Source of the DNA: Octopus sinensis
Lineage: Eukaryota
Direction of reading: 5' to 3'
Assembly: GCF_006345805.1 (NCBI RefSeq)
Contig: NC_043002.1
Span: 20,894,001 to 20,958,000 of the forward strand
DNA: 64,000 nucleotides
The position numbers and the translations under genes were made by a program. Every line of letters begins with the position of its first letter. Position 1 is the stretch's first letter. This document shows positions 11,884-27,821 of the stretch, in pieces. The notes beneath the pieces were generated by a model. The model was not told the DNA's origin and did no database searches. It saw only the letters and a program-made list of their open reading frames with translations.

Positions 11884-14800
11884 TCAATCTATCTGTGAAG
11901 CATTACATGAACACAGTGACATGCTGTGGTGAACTGTATGGATTGCAGTGCCACAGTCTCAACACACTGAACTCTCTCTACTGTGGTCAAGGTATCTCTG
12001 TATGCCTGTTGATGTTGTTGCAGTAGTTGCTCCTCTGCTGTTGTTCTTGTTCAACCCTAGGTTAAACTTGGCCTGCGTGAGTAAGTTTATGATCATGATC
12101 GGAATGATGAAAAGCATTCCAGTAATGATAACCCAGTCATCTTAAGTGTATCTTAGACTACATCAGTTAATGTGTTCTTTCCGAATTTATGGTGGTAGTG
12201 GTGTGATTTGAGTGAGAATCGACAATAATTTCTGACAGGTCCAGTGAACACGTAGAGACGTCTCCGTGGATGTGGTGACAGTGGAGGAAGTATCTATGCC
12301 TCTTCTAAATGGCTAGATGCAGCCTTGTGAAATAATGTGTATTTTGAGGAAAAGAATCGTCGTACAACAGTTTATTTTAATTAATTTTATTTTATTTAAA
12401 GCTAATCTTTTCAACTAATTGTGAATTCAAGAAACACCAGTTTGCGTGTGTATGTGTGTGTGTGTGTGTTTTATCTAAATATTTATTTATATTTCTTTAT
12501 CACCAAGGTGCAGGAGTGGCTGTGTGGTAAATAGCTTGCTTACCAACCACATGGTTCCGGGTTCAGTCCCACTTCTACTATAGTCTCAGGCCGACGAAAG
12601 CCTTGTGAGTGGATTTGGTAGATGGAAACTGAAAGAGTCCCATCGTATATATGTATATGTATATATATATGTGTGTGTTTGTTTATCTGTAATTGTCCCC
12701 TCAACATCGCTTGACAACCGTTGCTGGTGTGTTTACGTCCCCGTTACTTAGCGGTTCGGCAAAAAGAGACCGATAGAATAAGTACTAGGCTTACAAAGAA
12801 CAAGTCCTGAGGTCGATTTGCTCGACTAAAGGTGGTGCTCCAGTATGGCCGCAGTCAAATGAATGAAACAAGTAAAAGGGAGTAATTGTAATTACTCTGT
12901 AGCAGGAATATTTGGCAGTTCCAGAACACTCAGAAATCGAAACTGAATTCACTTTTAAAAGTAACTGAAGAATAAGTAGAATGTCGACAACGATTAACGT
13001 CAACAAGCGACTAACCCATTCAAGTCTGAAAAACACATTAACAATTATTTTTATCTGTAGCTAGCTGACCACTCAAATACGATAGATCTAGCTGATGTCT
13101 ACTTCACTGAATCTTATTTCTTTATTACCCACAAGTGGCTAAACATAGAGTGGACAAACAAGGACAGACAAAGAGGTTAAGTCGATTACATCGACCCCAG
13201 TGTGTGACTGGTACTTAATTTATCGATCACGAAAGGACGACAGACAAAGTCGACCTCGGAGGAATTTGAACTAAGAACGTAAAGACAGACGAAATACTGC
13301 TAAGCATTTCGCCCGGCGTGCTAGAATCTGAAATTGTTGTAAACAAGCACTTTTCTTGGACAAACAACATATGGGATGGTCATTAAATAACTTTTATGAT
13401 AAGAGCACTGGCTATATATTCAGCCCCTCTTAGCCACTAGGGAGCAGTGTCCGTAAGCAGTAGTGGCATAAGCTTTAAAACCAATCAACTGTGAGCAGTG
13501 TGACTGTAAAATCAATACCAATAACGACGTCAACGACGTCGATGGCAGCTAAACCACCAAGCGTCTAGAATCAACCAGATAGTTCCAATTGGACATATAC
13601 TCGTCATGCTGCAAGACAATCCATGGATTGGCTGCACCTATGGAAATTTCTGATTGGCTGCACCTATGGAAATTTCAAAGTTTATTTAAAATTTTTAAAT
13701 TTGGTGTACTAATGTAATTTTCCAAGCTCAGGAGATATTTCCCTTTTCCCAGAAAATAAAATAAAAAAAGTTACAGAGGTTTAAAGTTTGATTATTTTTA
13801 CCCAATCAGAAAACAGGATTTCGAAACTGTTATTTTGTGCGTGACAGCACGTGTTAACTGTAAACATATGAAATATTGACGAAATTCTGCTTTACGTACG
13901 CCGTATAATTCCCTCGTACATTTTATTTAGTTTTTGGAATTTTCAGAAAATTTTTGCGAATTATATTTCTACACATGGGAATTCATACGATTATGCAAAG
14001 GTAGAAAAAAATTTCGTGCGTTATTTAAGGCCTTTTAACTGTTATTTTTAGCACATCGCACGACCACCTCAATGAGTATTCGCCAATACGTGTTTTCTCG
14101 CAGACAAAAGAGTTCTCATGCTTGCCTTGTTGCAATGGAAAGAGGCATAAATGTGTCTATGGCTTACAGCTGGCTAAAATTACCCAAAATTTGCAAACTT
14201 TAAAAGCTAGTGATTCTGTATTGATTGAATTATGGCGAAAATGCATTTCATGGCACTGATTAGCATATAGAACTACATCAATTACATTGATTATGGAATC
14301 AATTCGAACAGAAATGAAAGAGATTGAAAATTGGCAGCCAGACAGAAAAGATCCCAATCCACTTGCGCTCTTGTCTCATCCATATTGTTGAACTGTTATT
14401 CTGGAGTAAATACATTTTCTGTCATTCGTAATAACGACATTTTTTTAACGATGAAAATAAATATTTTGTATTTAAAATTTCAATGAAATTTGTGTTCTTT
14501 CCGTCAAATCAACAAATCATCACACTGTTGATTACAAAAAATCATAAATAATCTTATCATTGCAAATGGTGACCCTGAACAAACTTTGCAACTAATTCTA
14601 TTGTCACCAGTAATGCCACTGCCAGCCATACCGCAACGACTTATTTAAAGAAAACACAGTTGTGCATAGAATGACATCTCGAAATTGCAAAACTCCACCA
14701 GTTTTCCATTTTTTTTTATAGTTTTTATGAACAATTATATTTTATTTTATAAAACATTATTTCATAAAAACTTGTTTCATAAATTTAGCAGTATAATTAT

Positions 14801-15456
14801 TTTTAAATGCAACCTTATCAAATGACAGTTAAATTCAATGCGTCCTCTCAACGTTAAAAATAGTTCACCTCCTTCAGGTCTAATGTATTGTTCACACATC
14901 GCTATTGTTTCATTCTGTTGGCCGTCTGTAGGACATGTGATTATTCTAAGTATGTTTCTATGTTACTTTGCTTTCTTCACTGCCTGCTATATGTACTGTG
15001 AATGGTGTGAACGTGTCTTAAGTAATTCCTAGTATTTTTGTTTTCTGCGTCTGTGGTAATTTTTGTTTTCTAAGTTTGTGATATATTTCTGATGTTGAGT
15101 GTTAGGATTGGTTATTATTTTTTGATGTTCTCTGGCGTTGACGGTAAGAAGAGAGACGGCAGATTTGGTAGGTTCTATTTTAAATTTGGGCTAATGTGCA
15201 GCTTACGGTCGTAAAAAAGTGAAAGTAAAGTCATTGCAATTGAAACAGAAGTGATGACAGTGATGTGTCGTAATTCCATGTAAACAATGTACAGGACATA
15301 CATATATTTGATATAACATGAAAACCTACATTTATTTTGAATAAGATGAAAACGTCACACTTCTCCTTGGTGTTCGCGGTTGAGTATTGTGCATTGGAAT
15401 GGTGTATCCCATTGACTACTTTTGAAATGCTCGACATCATTAGAAAATACTAAATA

Positions 15457-15661
15457 CAATAATCCCTCGCCATATCGCGGTTTACCTATCTCACACTCAG
15501 TACATCGCGGATTTTTCTGGCTAATATATGTAAATTTATATTTCGGTCTCCTCAGTATATCCGGGTTTCTGCGACCGATAGTTATTCATATTTCTTTAGA
15601 TTTTAATTATCTCTGTGGGAGGTCTTGGAACGTAACACCTGCGATAGTCGAGGGATTACTG
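15457..15661. mobile_element. Tigger/pogo-like MITE (205 bp)
   Basis: TIRs CAATAATCCCTCGCCATATCGCGG / CCTGCGATAGTCGAGGGATTACTG, flanked by TA on both sides. Confidence 0.8.
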
Positions 15662-16379
15662 TATGTTGATGCCAGTGGATGAGGCAGAATGAAGGAGTTC
15701 TTTATGTTCTTTTTATGAAATATTGGGGGGTCACTATCATCACTTCCGCTTCCTATCGCAATTTACTTACACTTTTTCTAGGACAATTTACATTCATTTT
15801 TCTTAAGACCGTAAACTGTACGCTAACCTAAATTTATTCTTGCTGTGTTAGGTTCTTTGGTGATTTATGAAGGAGTCAGTGTAGCCATGTACTTGTGTCC
15901 GAAAGATGGAGAGAGGATTAGAATGTGATCTCATCAACGTATTGAATATTGTGTTATGGAAATGACATGTAAATATGGGTTGCAAAGAGTGGGCAAGAGG
16001 ACGGATTCCTGTGTGGTACTCCATCCGGGAAATTGTAAGTTCTGGGTCGTTCTATTTTGGTTCACTACATAAGTTCGGAAATCTGATGGCTTGCTCACCA
16101 ATGTTTTATGCCTTTGGTGGTGACAGTGGTGTTGGTGCATATAGTCCAAGATCAGCTCAACTCGAGTAATCTCCGGGTACCATGTGACTCATGATCCATC
16201 TTCTCAGTCATGCCATGTTACCGCTTGGCAGAGAGATATGCTACATATGAATATCCGCCGATGAATTGCATTGGATGCAGTGTAGTAGTTTGGACACACT
16301 GCGCTCTCTCTGCTGTTCAGTCTCTAACTGTACACCTGTAGATTCTGATGGTCACTATATTGAAAGCATACTAGTAAGA

Positions 16380-17950
16380 TCTGGTCAGAACGTTATAGCT
16401 GCTGCTTTTTTTTACATCTGAAAGTGGTGCCCCTTCCAGCACAACGTTTTATGTTGTTTCTTCAGGTAATATTGAATGTTTTCTATAAAATCTATGCTGA
16501 TGTCGATGTTAGTTAGAATGGTACATTTAAGAGAGTTTTATGTTCTTGAAGAAGCCATTTTGGTGTCTTCTGTATTAGCTTCATGCACAGTGGTCTGAAT
16601 CCGTGTTAAAATTAGTAGAGGGGAAGTGTGAGTTAGAAGATTTTCTAGAGTGTCTGAAGTTGTTCATAGGAGGGTGGTAGGCCTGGATGTTGTTGCTCCA
16701 CTTGAGTTTTTGTTTGGCTTTATTATACTTTGCTTAGCTTTCAGATTCCAGCAATTTGACACAGCTTGTACATACAGTTGTAGACGTTGGTTTGCGTGGT
16801 GATTCCTTCAGGCTCTAGATATTTTAGGAATATATTTAATATTTTTCCTGGTAATCAAGTATTTCGAAAGTCAGCAAGGCTGTGGTACTCAACACACATA
16901 TAAGGAACATCCTTCTATAAGGAGTCAAAACGTGCTTTCAATGTCGTCTCCATGGTAAGTACACTAAACTTCTCACGAGAACGCAAAACATTTCACGGTG
17001 TAGGCACAAGACAAAAGAGGAGATTTATGGACATATTCCACTCAGTTCTAAAGTTGTTCAATGCGGTGTCGGCTTTGATAGCCATTGCTATCGCGTTGAA
17101 CAACAGGCTATATCAGACATTTTATTTTGGAGACATCCGCACCACTCAACTACATTGATGTTATTGGGAAAATACTTGACATGAAATTGAGATCCTACCT
17201 AAATTAATGGAAGATAGACTCTTGGTGTGATGCTTTGAGACATCTCGATTGCAGCAGCTTGAAAAGGATTTTGCCTGGTCCTTTTGGGGTTTTGCACTTC
17301 CCTATTGCATTTTGGATGTCAGATGTAAAGGACAGACTTAAAACCGTGGGAGGTGCATACTTTCGTTAATGTCATTTTGAGTCATTTAGAATTGTTGATT
17401 TAAAAAACCGCTTGTTTCATGTTTTAGTGTGGCTATGTTGTTTTAGATTATTATTGTAACATGGAAATATGGTGTAATCTTTGTAGCTGGTGGCGCTGCT
17501 AACGGCTCTGTATAGTATTTTCTTTGTGGTTTGATACTGGATGCAAATATCTGTCAGTTTTCTGGATTTTTTTTTAATGGTTTATTTTTTAATTCCATGT
17601 TTAGTTCTACAATTCTGAGCTTTTGCTTCAGATACGTATCGTGTTAGTGTATTTGTGTTTGAAGCTGTCACTGGTTTTCATGAGGTTGGCTATTTCTGAA
17701 ATATAACCTGGGTTCTATTGTATATGTTGCCATATGGGGTATGCTTTTGGAAGCGCTTATATTTGTTTCATTGATTGTATGTTACTGCAGTGGTTATGTC
17801 GGTGATTCTGATGCTGTCGAATTATGAAAAGTCTTGATTCTGTTTCTCGGCGGATCTCATTCCACTGGGTTTATCTGAAGAATGTAAAAGTGTTTTGGAT
17901 TTCGTCATTGACTTTTGAATATTTGGGAGGATAATTAATAGATGATGCAA
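16380..17950 (-). mobile_element. Heavily decayed LINE (jockey/I-like) RT-region remnant
   Basis: Minus-strand peptide traces KCKTPKGPG (cf. KAPGPD) and HQHRFYRKHS (cf. QFGFRxxHS), with many stops. Confidence 0.3.
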
Positions 17951-18393
17951 GGAGAGCAGAGGAATTGTTTGCCATATGATTCTAATAACTACACCAGGGG
18001 ATCAAAAAGCGATGTCTGCAAAATACATCTTTTCATTGGCTTAGAAAGGTACGTATGTTTTCGGTTACTTAGGATGTGGAGGGAATTCAGTTGTACATAC
18101 ATACATACATACATACATACATACATACATACATACATACATACATGCATACATACATACATACGCTTATAAATATATATACAGACCCTCAAGCTAGCTC
18201 TCTCTCCCTCCCCCTCTCCTCCCTCCCCCTCTCTCCCTCTCCCCCTCTCTCTCAATCTCAAACACGCACTGTGATCTCATCATAGGTTAAACCTGTTCGT
18301 TGTTCCTCTTCCTCCCCTACCTAACACTCTACCTCTTCACTTGTACACAGATTCTCTCTTCCAGCCTCATCCCGATCACTAACACCACTACTG

Positions 18394-18465
<72 letters not shown>

Positions 18466-18552
18466 CATTCTCTCCGCCCTTGAATAATATTCATATATAT
18501 TACATTGTTGTCGTACCTCTAATCGCCATTATTATTATCATCATCATCATCA

Positions 18553-18611
<59 letters not shown>

Positions 18612-19939
18612 GTTATTATTATTATGATTGTAGTTGATATTGTTGTCACTAATATTGTTGTTGTTGCGATTGATATAATGATTGTTGCGTTTATTATTGT
18701 TATTGTTTGTGATGGTGACGGTGATGTGGAGGCGGCGCTAGTTGCGGTTGTTGTTGTTTTCCCGTGTGAGTTGAATAATGTTGGCTAATGGAGATTGTTT
18801 GATCTCTGCATATCCCCCGCCAACCACCACACCACCACCACCATCACCGCCGCCGCCGCCGCCACCACCACCACCACCACCACCACCACCATCTCAGCCA
18901 TTACTCCTACCTCCTCCACTTACCTCATCAATACCATCACTTCTACCATTATCCTCATCTCGCTCCCGCAACAACTGCCACCAGCACCGCAACCACCACC
19001 ACCACCACCACCACCACCACAACCACCACTACCACCATCATCATCATCGTCATCATCACTACCATCACCGCCACTATCACTACTAAGCGCTAACACCACC
19101 CCCACCATCACAAACACAACCATCACCCCATTTCCATCATCATCACGATCATCACCACCAACAGCAACATTCTCATAACTACTTATACCACCCTCTCCAT
19201 AACCAGCACCACCAATACCACCACCACCACCACCACCACCGCCGCCGCCGCCGCCGCCGCACCATCACTAATTCTTCAACAATTATCTACCCTGAAACAC
19301 CCTTAAAAGTCACGTGGTTTACTATTCGTGCATTACCAAAGTGACAGATGGAGACGTGACCGCATTAAGTGGAGAGTAGGGGGTGAAGTGGAGGTTGTTG
19401 GTGGCGTATTGGGGGGGGGGATGATTGTTACTGTTGTTGTTGTTGTTGCTCCTGTGGTGGTGGTCGTGGATTTAGCTTTCGTTTGTGTTGTACTTTTATT
19501 TTATATTCTTTATCTTTTATTTGTTTCAACCATCGGACTGCGGCCATGCTGGATCACCGTCTTGAAGGATTTATTCCCGTGTTCCTCGGCCACTTTTTAC
19601 CTATGGGCCTCTTTGGTTCCCATTTTTACTCGAGTGGCCCCTCATAATCATTCAATGCTTTAAAAATTCCTTATTAAATGTTATTATGAATTCTTATATT
19701 ATTTTATTCTTTTACACATATTTTAGTCATTTGACTGCTGCCATGCTGGAGCACCGCTTTAAAGGGGTGTTGTTTTTAGTCGAAGAAATCGACCTCAGGA
19801 CTTATTCTTTGTAAGCCTAGTACGTATTCTATCGGTCTATCGGACACTTTTGCCGAACCGCTAAGTTACGGATGTCAAGCGATGATGGGAAAGGGGACAA
19901 ACACAGGCACAGACAAACACACACACACACGTGTGTGTG

Positions 19940-19970
<31 letters not shown>

Positions 19971-20270
19971 CAACGGGCTTCTTTAAATTTCCGTCGACCA
20001 AATCCATTCAGAAAGCTTTCGCCAGCTCGGGGCTATAGTAGAAGACACTTGTCCGAGGTGCCACGCAATGGGACTGAACTCGTAACCATATGGTTAGGAA
20101 GCGAGCTTCTTACCACTCAGCCACTCCTGCACCTGTTTAAAAAAGTTGTATAAATAAAAAGAAACATCAACATATTTGTGTATTTGTATATATTCAAGAT
20201 CACATAACGCTGGAAAGAAATTTGAGCAAGTTTGGCTGCTATTTTTAGCTGGCCGAGTGATTACGTTCTA

Positions 20271-21193
20271 CAATGATCCCTCGCTACTTCGTGGTTCAAC
20301 TATCGCGGATTCACGACTTCGCGGATTTTAAAAATATATATATATGAACACCTAAAAGGTTTCATTAAATCCATTAAAATATTAATAATAAATATTATTT
20401 CCTACTCTAGGAACAACAAAACAAGCGTAAAATAGCAAAAAAGCATATGCAGGGGTATTTGAACTTAAGACGAGCTATGATTGGTGCAATGGAGAGAGAC
20501 GACGAATCCCGAGGTGCAATGGAGGGAGTCATGAACCCCTACACGATGCTCTTTGAACGGAAAAAGAAGCAACGGCAGCAGGTCCCCGACTCCCTACGCA
20601 ACTGCTGAACCTGGACGCGCATTCATCCATCCGTCGATGCTCTCGGTGTCGGGGGTTGACCTGCTTTCTCTTCTGCGGGTCTTACGAATAGCAAAGGACC
20701 ACGTTTCGGACTTCTCCCACTACAGACATGGGACGAAGACCGCTTCGCTCAACAGCAACAGCAGCGGCAGCAACTTCCTATCACAATGTTTTTGCAGCCT
20801 CGCAAAAAAGAGCCAGTTCTTACTACGGTTGCACCTTCGGAAGAAGTGGAAAAGGTGTCTCAGGAAAGAGCACCGCCGTCAGCTTCATCATCATCATGTC
20901 TACTGCACAACAAATTCATCATCATCATCATTCAAATTTTACTTCACCTTCTTTCGTGTTGAGTACAGTAACAATCTTTATTTTTTTTTTTATCTAAAGT
21001 GTCATTGCTTAACAGTTGTCCTTGTTATTAATAGACTACTGTAATGGGTGGGTTGTTGACAGTATAGGGAGGGTTTTACAAGTCCAAATACACGCTAAAT
21101 AAATACTGTAAATAGGGTGTCCCTACTTCGCGGAAATTCAGTTATCGCGGCCGGTCTCGGAACCAATCTACCGCGATAAACGAGGGATCACTG
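20271..21193 (+). mobile_element. Tigger/pogo-like non-autonomous DNA transposon
   Basis: TIRs CAATGATCCCTCGCTACTTCGTGG / CCGCGATAAACGAGGGATCACTG with TA flanks. Internal remnant QQRQQLPITMFLQPRKK resembles Tigger transposase C-termini. Confidence 0.8.
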
Positions 21194-22676
21194 TATTTCT
21201 TTTTCATCCGGTGTTGTTATCACTGTTGCTTTTATTACTGTCGTAGCTGTTATATAGTTGTTGTAGCTGTTGGCGGTGGTTGTGATTCTCTTAGCTGTTG
21301 TTGTTGTTGAAGTTTGTGGTGTGGATGGTTATATAGTTGTTGTTGCTGCAGCTGTTGTTACTCTTATAATTGTAGTAGTTGCAGTAGTAGCCGTTTATGT
21401 CGCTGTCGTCATCTTTGTTTCCTATACTCCTACATGATCAAAGGCGTAGTGAGATAAACCGCTTTAGCTCTCTCTAATAATGGTTTTTGATTTAGGGACA
21501 AGGTCAATAATTTTAAAGGGAAGAGGTTCGTCGATACAATTGACCCCACTACTTAACAGGCTGGTACTTTATTCATTGGTACCAGCTGAATGATCTTGTT
21601 AAATTTTTTTTCTTTCAACCACTTGAGGTATTTCAAATCCCCACCCGATTGAAGGCTTCTGGTTGGTTAAAATTACACAATTTTTAAATGCTTGTCACTT
21701 CTTTATTATTAATTTCAAGGAGGAAAAATGAATGCGTTTTTCATCATCAGCATAGAAAACTACATCAAAATTACATCAAAACTACATGAAAATAATGTGG
21801 TGACAATTAGAACTACTTATGGTTGTGGAAAGAAATTTAACAAGATCTCAGTGAAGTCATGGGTCGACACTATCGATTCAGTAATTATTTTATGAACAGC
21901 AAAGGGATAAAAAGCAAAGTTGACTCTAGATGGATTTGAACTCAGACTATTAAGTACCGCAAGAAATACTGCAGGGCATTTTCCCAATGCCTTAGCGATT
22001 CTACTCCTCGCCGCCTTTGGTTTCTGATTTAGATACAAGGCCAATAATTTTGATGCAAGGGATTAGTCAATTAAGTCGACCCCCAGTACTTGATTGTTAC
22101 TTTACTTCGTCTACTCCGGAAGAATGAAAAGTAAAGTTGACTATGGTCAGATTTGAAACCAGAGTGTAAAGTGCCAAAACAAACACTGTAAGATATTTTC
22201 TCCAACGTCCTATCAATTCTACTAATCTACGGCTTCGGATTTTTAAAATTTAGGCACAAGGCTACCATTTTTAGGGAAATGGTTTATCGAATTAACTCCG
22301 ATCCCGATATTTGACTTGTACTTATTGTTATCAATCCCGGAAGGATGAAAAGCTAAAGTGGCCTTGGTGGGATTCGAATTTAGAAAGTAAAGAGCTGTAA
22401 CAAATAGCACAAGGCATTTTGTACAATATTTTGCTACTACACACTATCTGCTACTTCACTGCATTTATTATTCCACCATATAACTTCGCCATATTTGTCA
22501 CCCCATCACACTTCATCACTCACCACTGGTTAATTTACGCTCATATATATATCAGCCGAAATTTGCTATGATGATCCGGTTTCTGACTGATTAAAGGCTT
22601 CGAATGACCCGTCTGTTTTCTGTGTTCGTCCCTTTGTGTATTTCACGTTCTTGTTTCTTTATATATAATGTTTATA

Positions 22677-22741
<65 letters not shown>

Positions 22742-22927
22742 AATATAATAATAAATATTAGGGAATAAATCCAAATTTACAGGGAAAAATCAGATTTAGG
22801 ATTGAATCCAATTTTATAGTAAAATATTATATAATATTAATTAGAGACAAAACCACTATTTTGCAAATCAAACAAGGAAAGACTTAATCAATACATAAAA
22901 AAATTTTAATATAAAGTAAATAAATCG

Positions 22928-22971
22928 CCACTACAATTGTTTCCTGTCTTCAAATGACATTCATCAGGTGG
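22928..22971 (-). ncRNA. Type I hammerhead ribozyme motif in a Penelope-like terminus
   Basis: CCAC CTGATGA A TGTC ATTTGAA GACA G GAAAC AATT GTA GTGG. Stem I CCAC/GTGG, stem II TGTC/GACA, palindromic stem III ACAATTGT, GUA cleavage triplet, full catalytic core. Confidence 0.75.
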
Positions 22972-23195
22972 ATTTCATATCAGACTCAATATTCCAATAT
23001 GGAATATTGAGTCTATATATATATATATATTGGACTTTAAACGCGCCGAAACTATAACGAGTCTGGTCTCCGCAGCAGACGAGAGGGTTTCTATCTTTGT
23101 TTGTCCTTTGTCCGTTTCCGGTAATTGATTCCACATGTTCCATTTCGATTTTTCATTATTCACGCACGCACACACACATGTATCTGTGTAGTATG

Positions 23196-23233
<38 letters not shown>

Positions 23234-23291
23234 GTATATATTTATATGTATATATACATACATATATATACACAACGCGTATATATATACG

Positions 23292-23364
<73 letters not shown>

Positions 23365-24928
23365 CTTATATATAAACACATATATCTATATATTTCGTGG
23401 ACACTTATTTTGTAAGTTGTGCACATAGAGGTTATTTCATATGACCAATTCTGTCGTTTCACTGAAGTCTTTGGATTCGAACCCTACCAACCCACAGCAC
23501 TATGTCTGCTATTTGGTCTGGCTGAAGTCATGTTGCGTTGCTTCGCTCTCTTGCAATACAAACGGTCATTGTTTTAATAACTGAATGAAAATAAACACGA
23601 AGTTAAATTGCTGGGAGATTGATAGACTATGGAAGGGCGGCGGTTGGATGGATTGGACAGATGGATGGATGTGCGTATGAAAGGAGATGGATGGATGGAT
23701 GGTTGGATGGATGGATCGGTGGATACAATGGATGAGTGGGTGGATATATGCGGTGTGGGTGTATAGATGTATGCATGGATAGATGGATGGGTAGATGGCT
23801 GGCTGGCTGGCTGGCTAGCTAACTGGATGGACATAGGACATATGTACGCATGGGTGCATAGATGCATGTCTCTAAGTATGGTTGGGGGGACTGATTGGTG
23901 GCTGCTTGGAACGATAGAAAGATGTACGTATGTATGGCTGGAAAAATGGATATATGGGTAGATGCTGTATGGGTGGATGAATGGATGTGTATATAGAAGT
24001 ATAAATGAAAGATGAAAGCGAAACAATGTACCACATGAACACAAAACGCCGAAGCTTCCTAGTTGGAAGTAGTTGAACGACTCCAAAAACAACGGCATGA
24101 ATGGATGAAAGACGAAGAGGAAACATTGTACGACGTGAACTCAAAACACAGAAGCAAAAACAGAGCCAGTAAGCTAGGACAGCTATCGTCTGCCAAGCTT
24201 GCAATTAGAATTAATATATACACTAAACAGAGATTCGCTTTCATCGTTTCAACTTTGCTCTCTATGGAATCGTGGTGTAGGAAACAATGACTACTTAACT
24301 GCCTTAGAGAAGGACCAACACAATCAAAATGTTAAACAGTCACCTAATTTGGGGCTAATGTTTTGCTAATGTTTCACTGGTGTCACGACAAATTGCCTCC
24401 GTTTTTCTGGGGGTTGGATAGATATAATTGCTCTTGATGTACGATCTGAGATGTCAACGTATATGTGTATGTGAATGTAATTTATTGTTTGTGTATGAAC
24501 ATTGACACAGCATGTGTGAATATATGTGAGTTAACTGCACACTTATAACTAAACGTCTTTGCGTAGGTATTTACCTATGATTAACTGTATATGTATATAT
24601 GGTACTCATATACATACGCACAGATTACTTTTCCTCACATATGTGAGCGAGTGTGTGTCTGTGTGACTAGCTAGATATAGATAGATCAACAGACAATAGA
24701 TATGTAAATATATGTAAACATATATATATAAAATAAGAAATATATTTATACACACATACACATATATGTATGTATATGTCTGTATGTATGTATGTATGCA
24801 TGTATGTATGTATTATGTATGTATGCATGTATGTATGTATTATGTATGTATGTATGCATATACATATATATATATATATATGCACACACGTATACGTTCA
24901 AGCATATGCACAAGCACACATACACACA

Positions 24929-24964
<36 letters not shown>

Positions 24965-25325
24965 TAAACAGTAAAATTAAATACAGACATGGACAAGAAC
25001 ATGAAACACCACAGAGACGACACAAGAACCACAGGACGGGACATTCGAAGCCCTCAGTCATCAGTCAAGAACCAGATCATCTTAGCAATTTCGGCTGATT
25101 AATCTTATATATATATATATACATATATCATAAAGGTCAGGAGGTATGAGAGGTCAATATATTATTTAGCCAATTGGCATCCTTAGGGTTACGGCCGTTT
25201 CGAAGCTTTCTTCATATAGTAATAATCTCAGTATGACAACAAATTATGCTTACATATTCGTATTAATATGGACTGTTCTTCCTTCATGTTGTTGATCCTG
25301 AATACCTCATAAACGCATCCCCACT

Positions 25326-25357
<32 letters not shown>

Positions 25358-25626
25358 GAGCTGGCAGGAACGTTAGCACGCTGGGTGAAATGCTTAGCGG
25401 TATTTCTTCTGCCGCTACGTTCTGAGTTCAAATTCCGCCGAGGTCGATTTTGCCTTTCATCCTTTCAGGGTCGATTAAATAAGTACCACTTACGCACTGG
25501 GGTCGATATAATCGACTTAAAAACACACACAAAGATCTAGCACGTACACACAGACAGAAGAACAAGCACGCATACACACACACATACACACGCACACACA
25601 CACACACACAAGCAAGAAAGAGCATG

Positions 25627-25663
<37 letters not shown>

Positions 25664-26219
25664 GCAAGAACAAGCATGCACACACACACACACACACACA
25701 CACACACCACAACACGCACACACACGCACGCACACACACACACACCACACACACACACACACACAGAGGAACAAACACGCATACACGTACAAACATTTAG
25801 CTTTATCTTTCCATTTCGTCAACTGACAGTTAACAAGACAACACGTGCTCAAGAAAATTACCGGGTTCTTTGTTGACAAAATTCGAGTCAAACCGAAAGA
25901 AAGCCGTAGAGTGAATATATTTAAGGAATCACAGATTAATGGTTTTCAGTTTTATGAGAGATTATTCTCCAGATGGATTGATTCATCTGAAGGTTTTCTT
26001 TCGAATAGTGGTTTCCAGGTTTTATTTACATGTAGCAGCGTCTTGTTAATATTTATTTCGATATCGACTTTATGATATGTCAGTAAAAGAAGGTCAGGTT
26101 ACATGACTTATGTACTCAACTGCTCGTTCATGCACGCATGTACACGCAATACGCACACAGATGCACCCAAGACGCATGCATCTGTCTATTTGTCTATCAG
26201 TTAGCCTTCTCTGTCGGCC

Positions 26220-27210
<991 letters not shown>

Positions 27211-27274
27211 TAATATATACGTAAGTGCAAGCGTGGCTGTGTGGTAAGAAGTTTGCTTCCCAACCACCTGGTTC

Positions 27275-27370
27275 CTGATGAAGGCTGGAGACTATATCAG
27301 CCGAAACGTTGTATTAACAACAAACAAGATGAGGGCAAATATCCGTCAAATGTAAATAATGTAAATTGAT
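27275..27370 (+). mobile_element. Penelope-like terminus fragment beginning at a hammerhead core, fused to a SINE head
   Basis: CTGATGA A GGCTG GAGACTATAT CAGCC GAAAC GT T. Same family as 47583-47906. The 5' arm of stem I is replaced by SINE sequence (27233-27274). Confidence 0.65.
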
Positions 27371-27821
27371 GAGATGTAGTTTTATACTGTAAGCAAGTCC
27401 ATCGTTCAATTTAAATGAATAAGAAATATAGTGGAAATCTTAGTCCTCTTGGTTCACAAGCTAGCGTATAGTATGGTGTGTGGTGTTTAATTTTCTGTTG
27501 ATATATCACCATAGATACTAAAATTACTAAAAGTTAAACGTGTTGTCTTTCTCTAGCCACAGATAACTTGAAAAGTGTTTGTCGTTCTTCTTCTTCTTCA
27601 AAAAAAAAAAAAAAAAAAATGACGATGTGGGGAATATTAGCGACTAACCTCCCAATTTCTACGTCACCCTTCCAGCCTGGGTAGTTTCTCCTCTGGCCAT
27701 CGATTATGTGGATTATCTGCATTATATGAACATTATGCATAAAAGACGCATATCCCCATAAATTTATGCTGGATTCCTTCATTACACAGATATATGTGCA
27801 CTGCACATATTCCTGACATCA

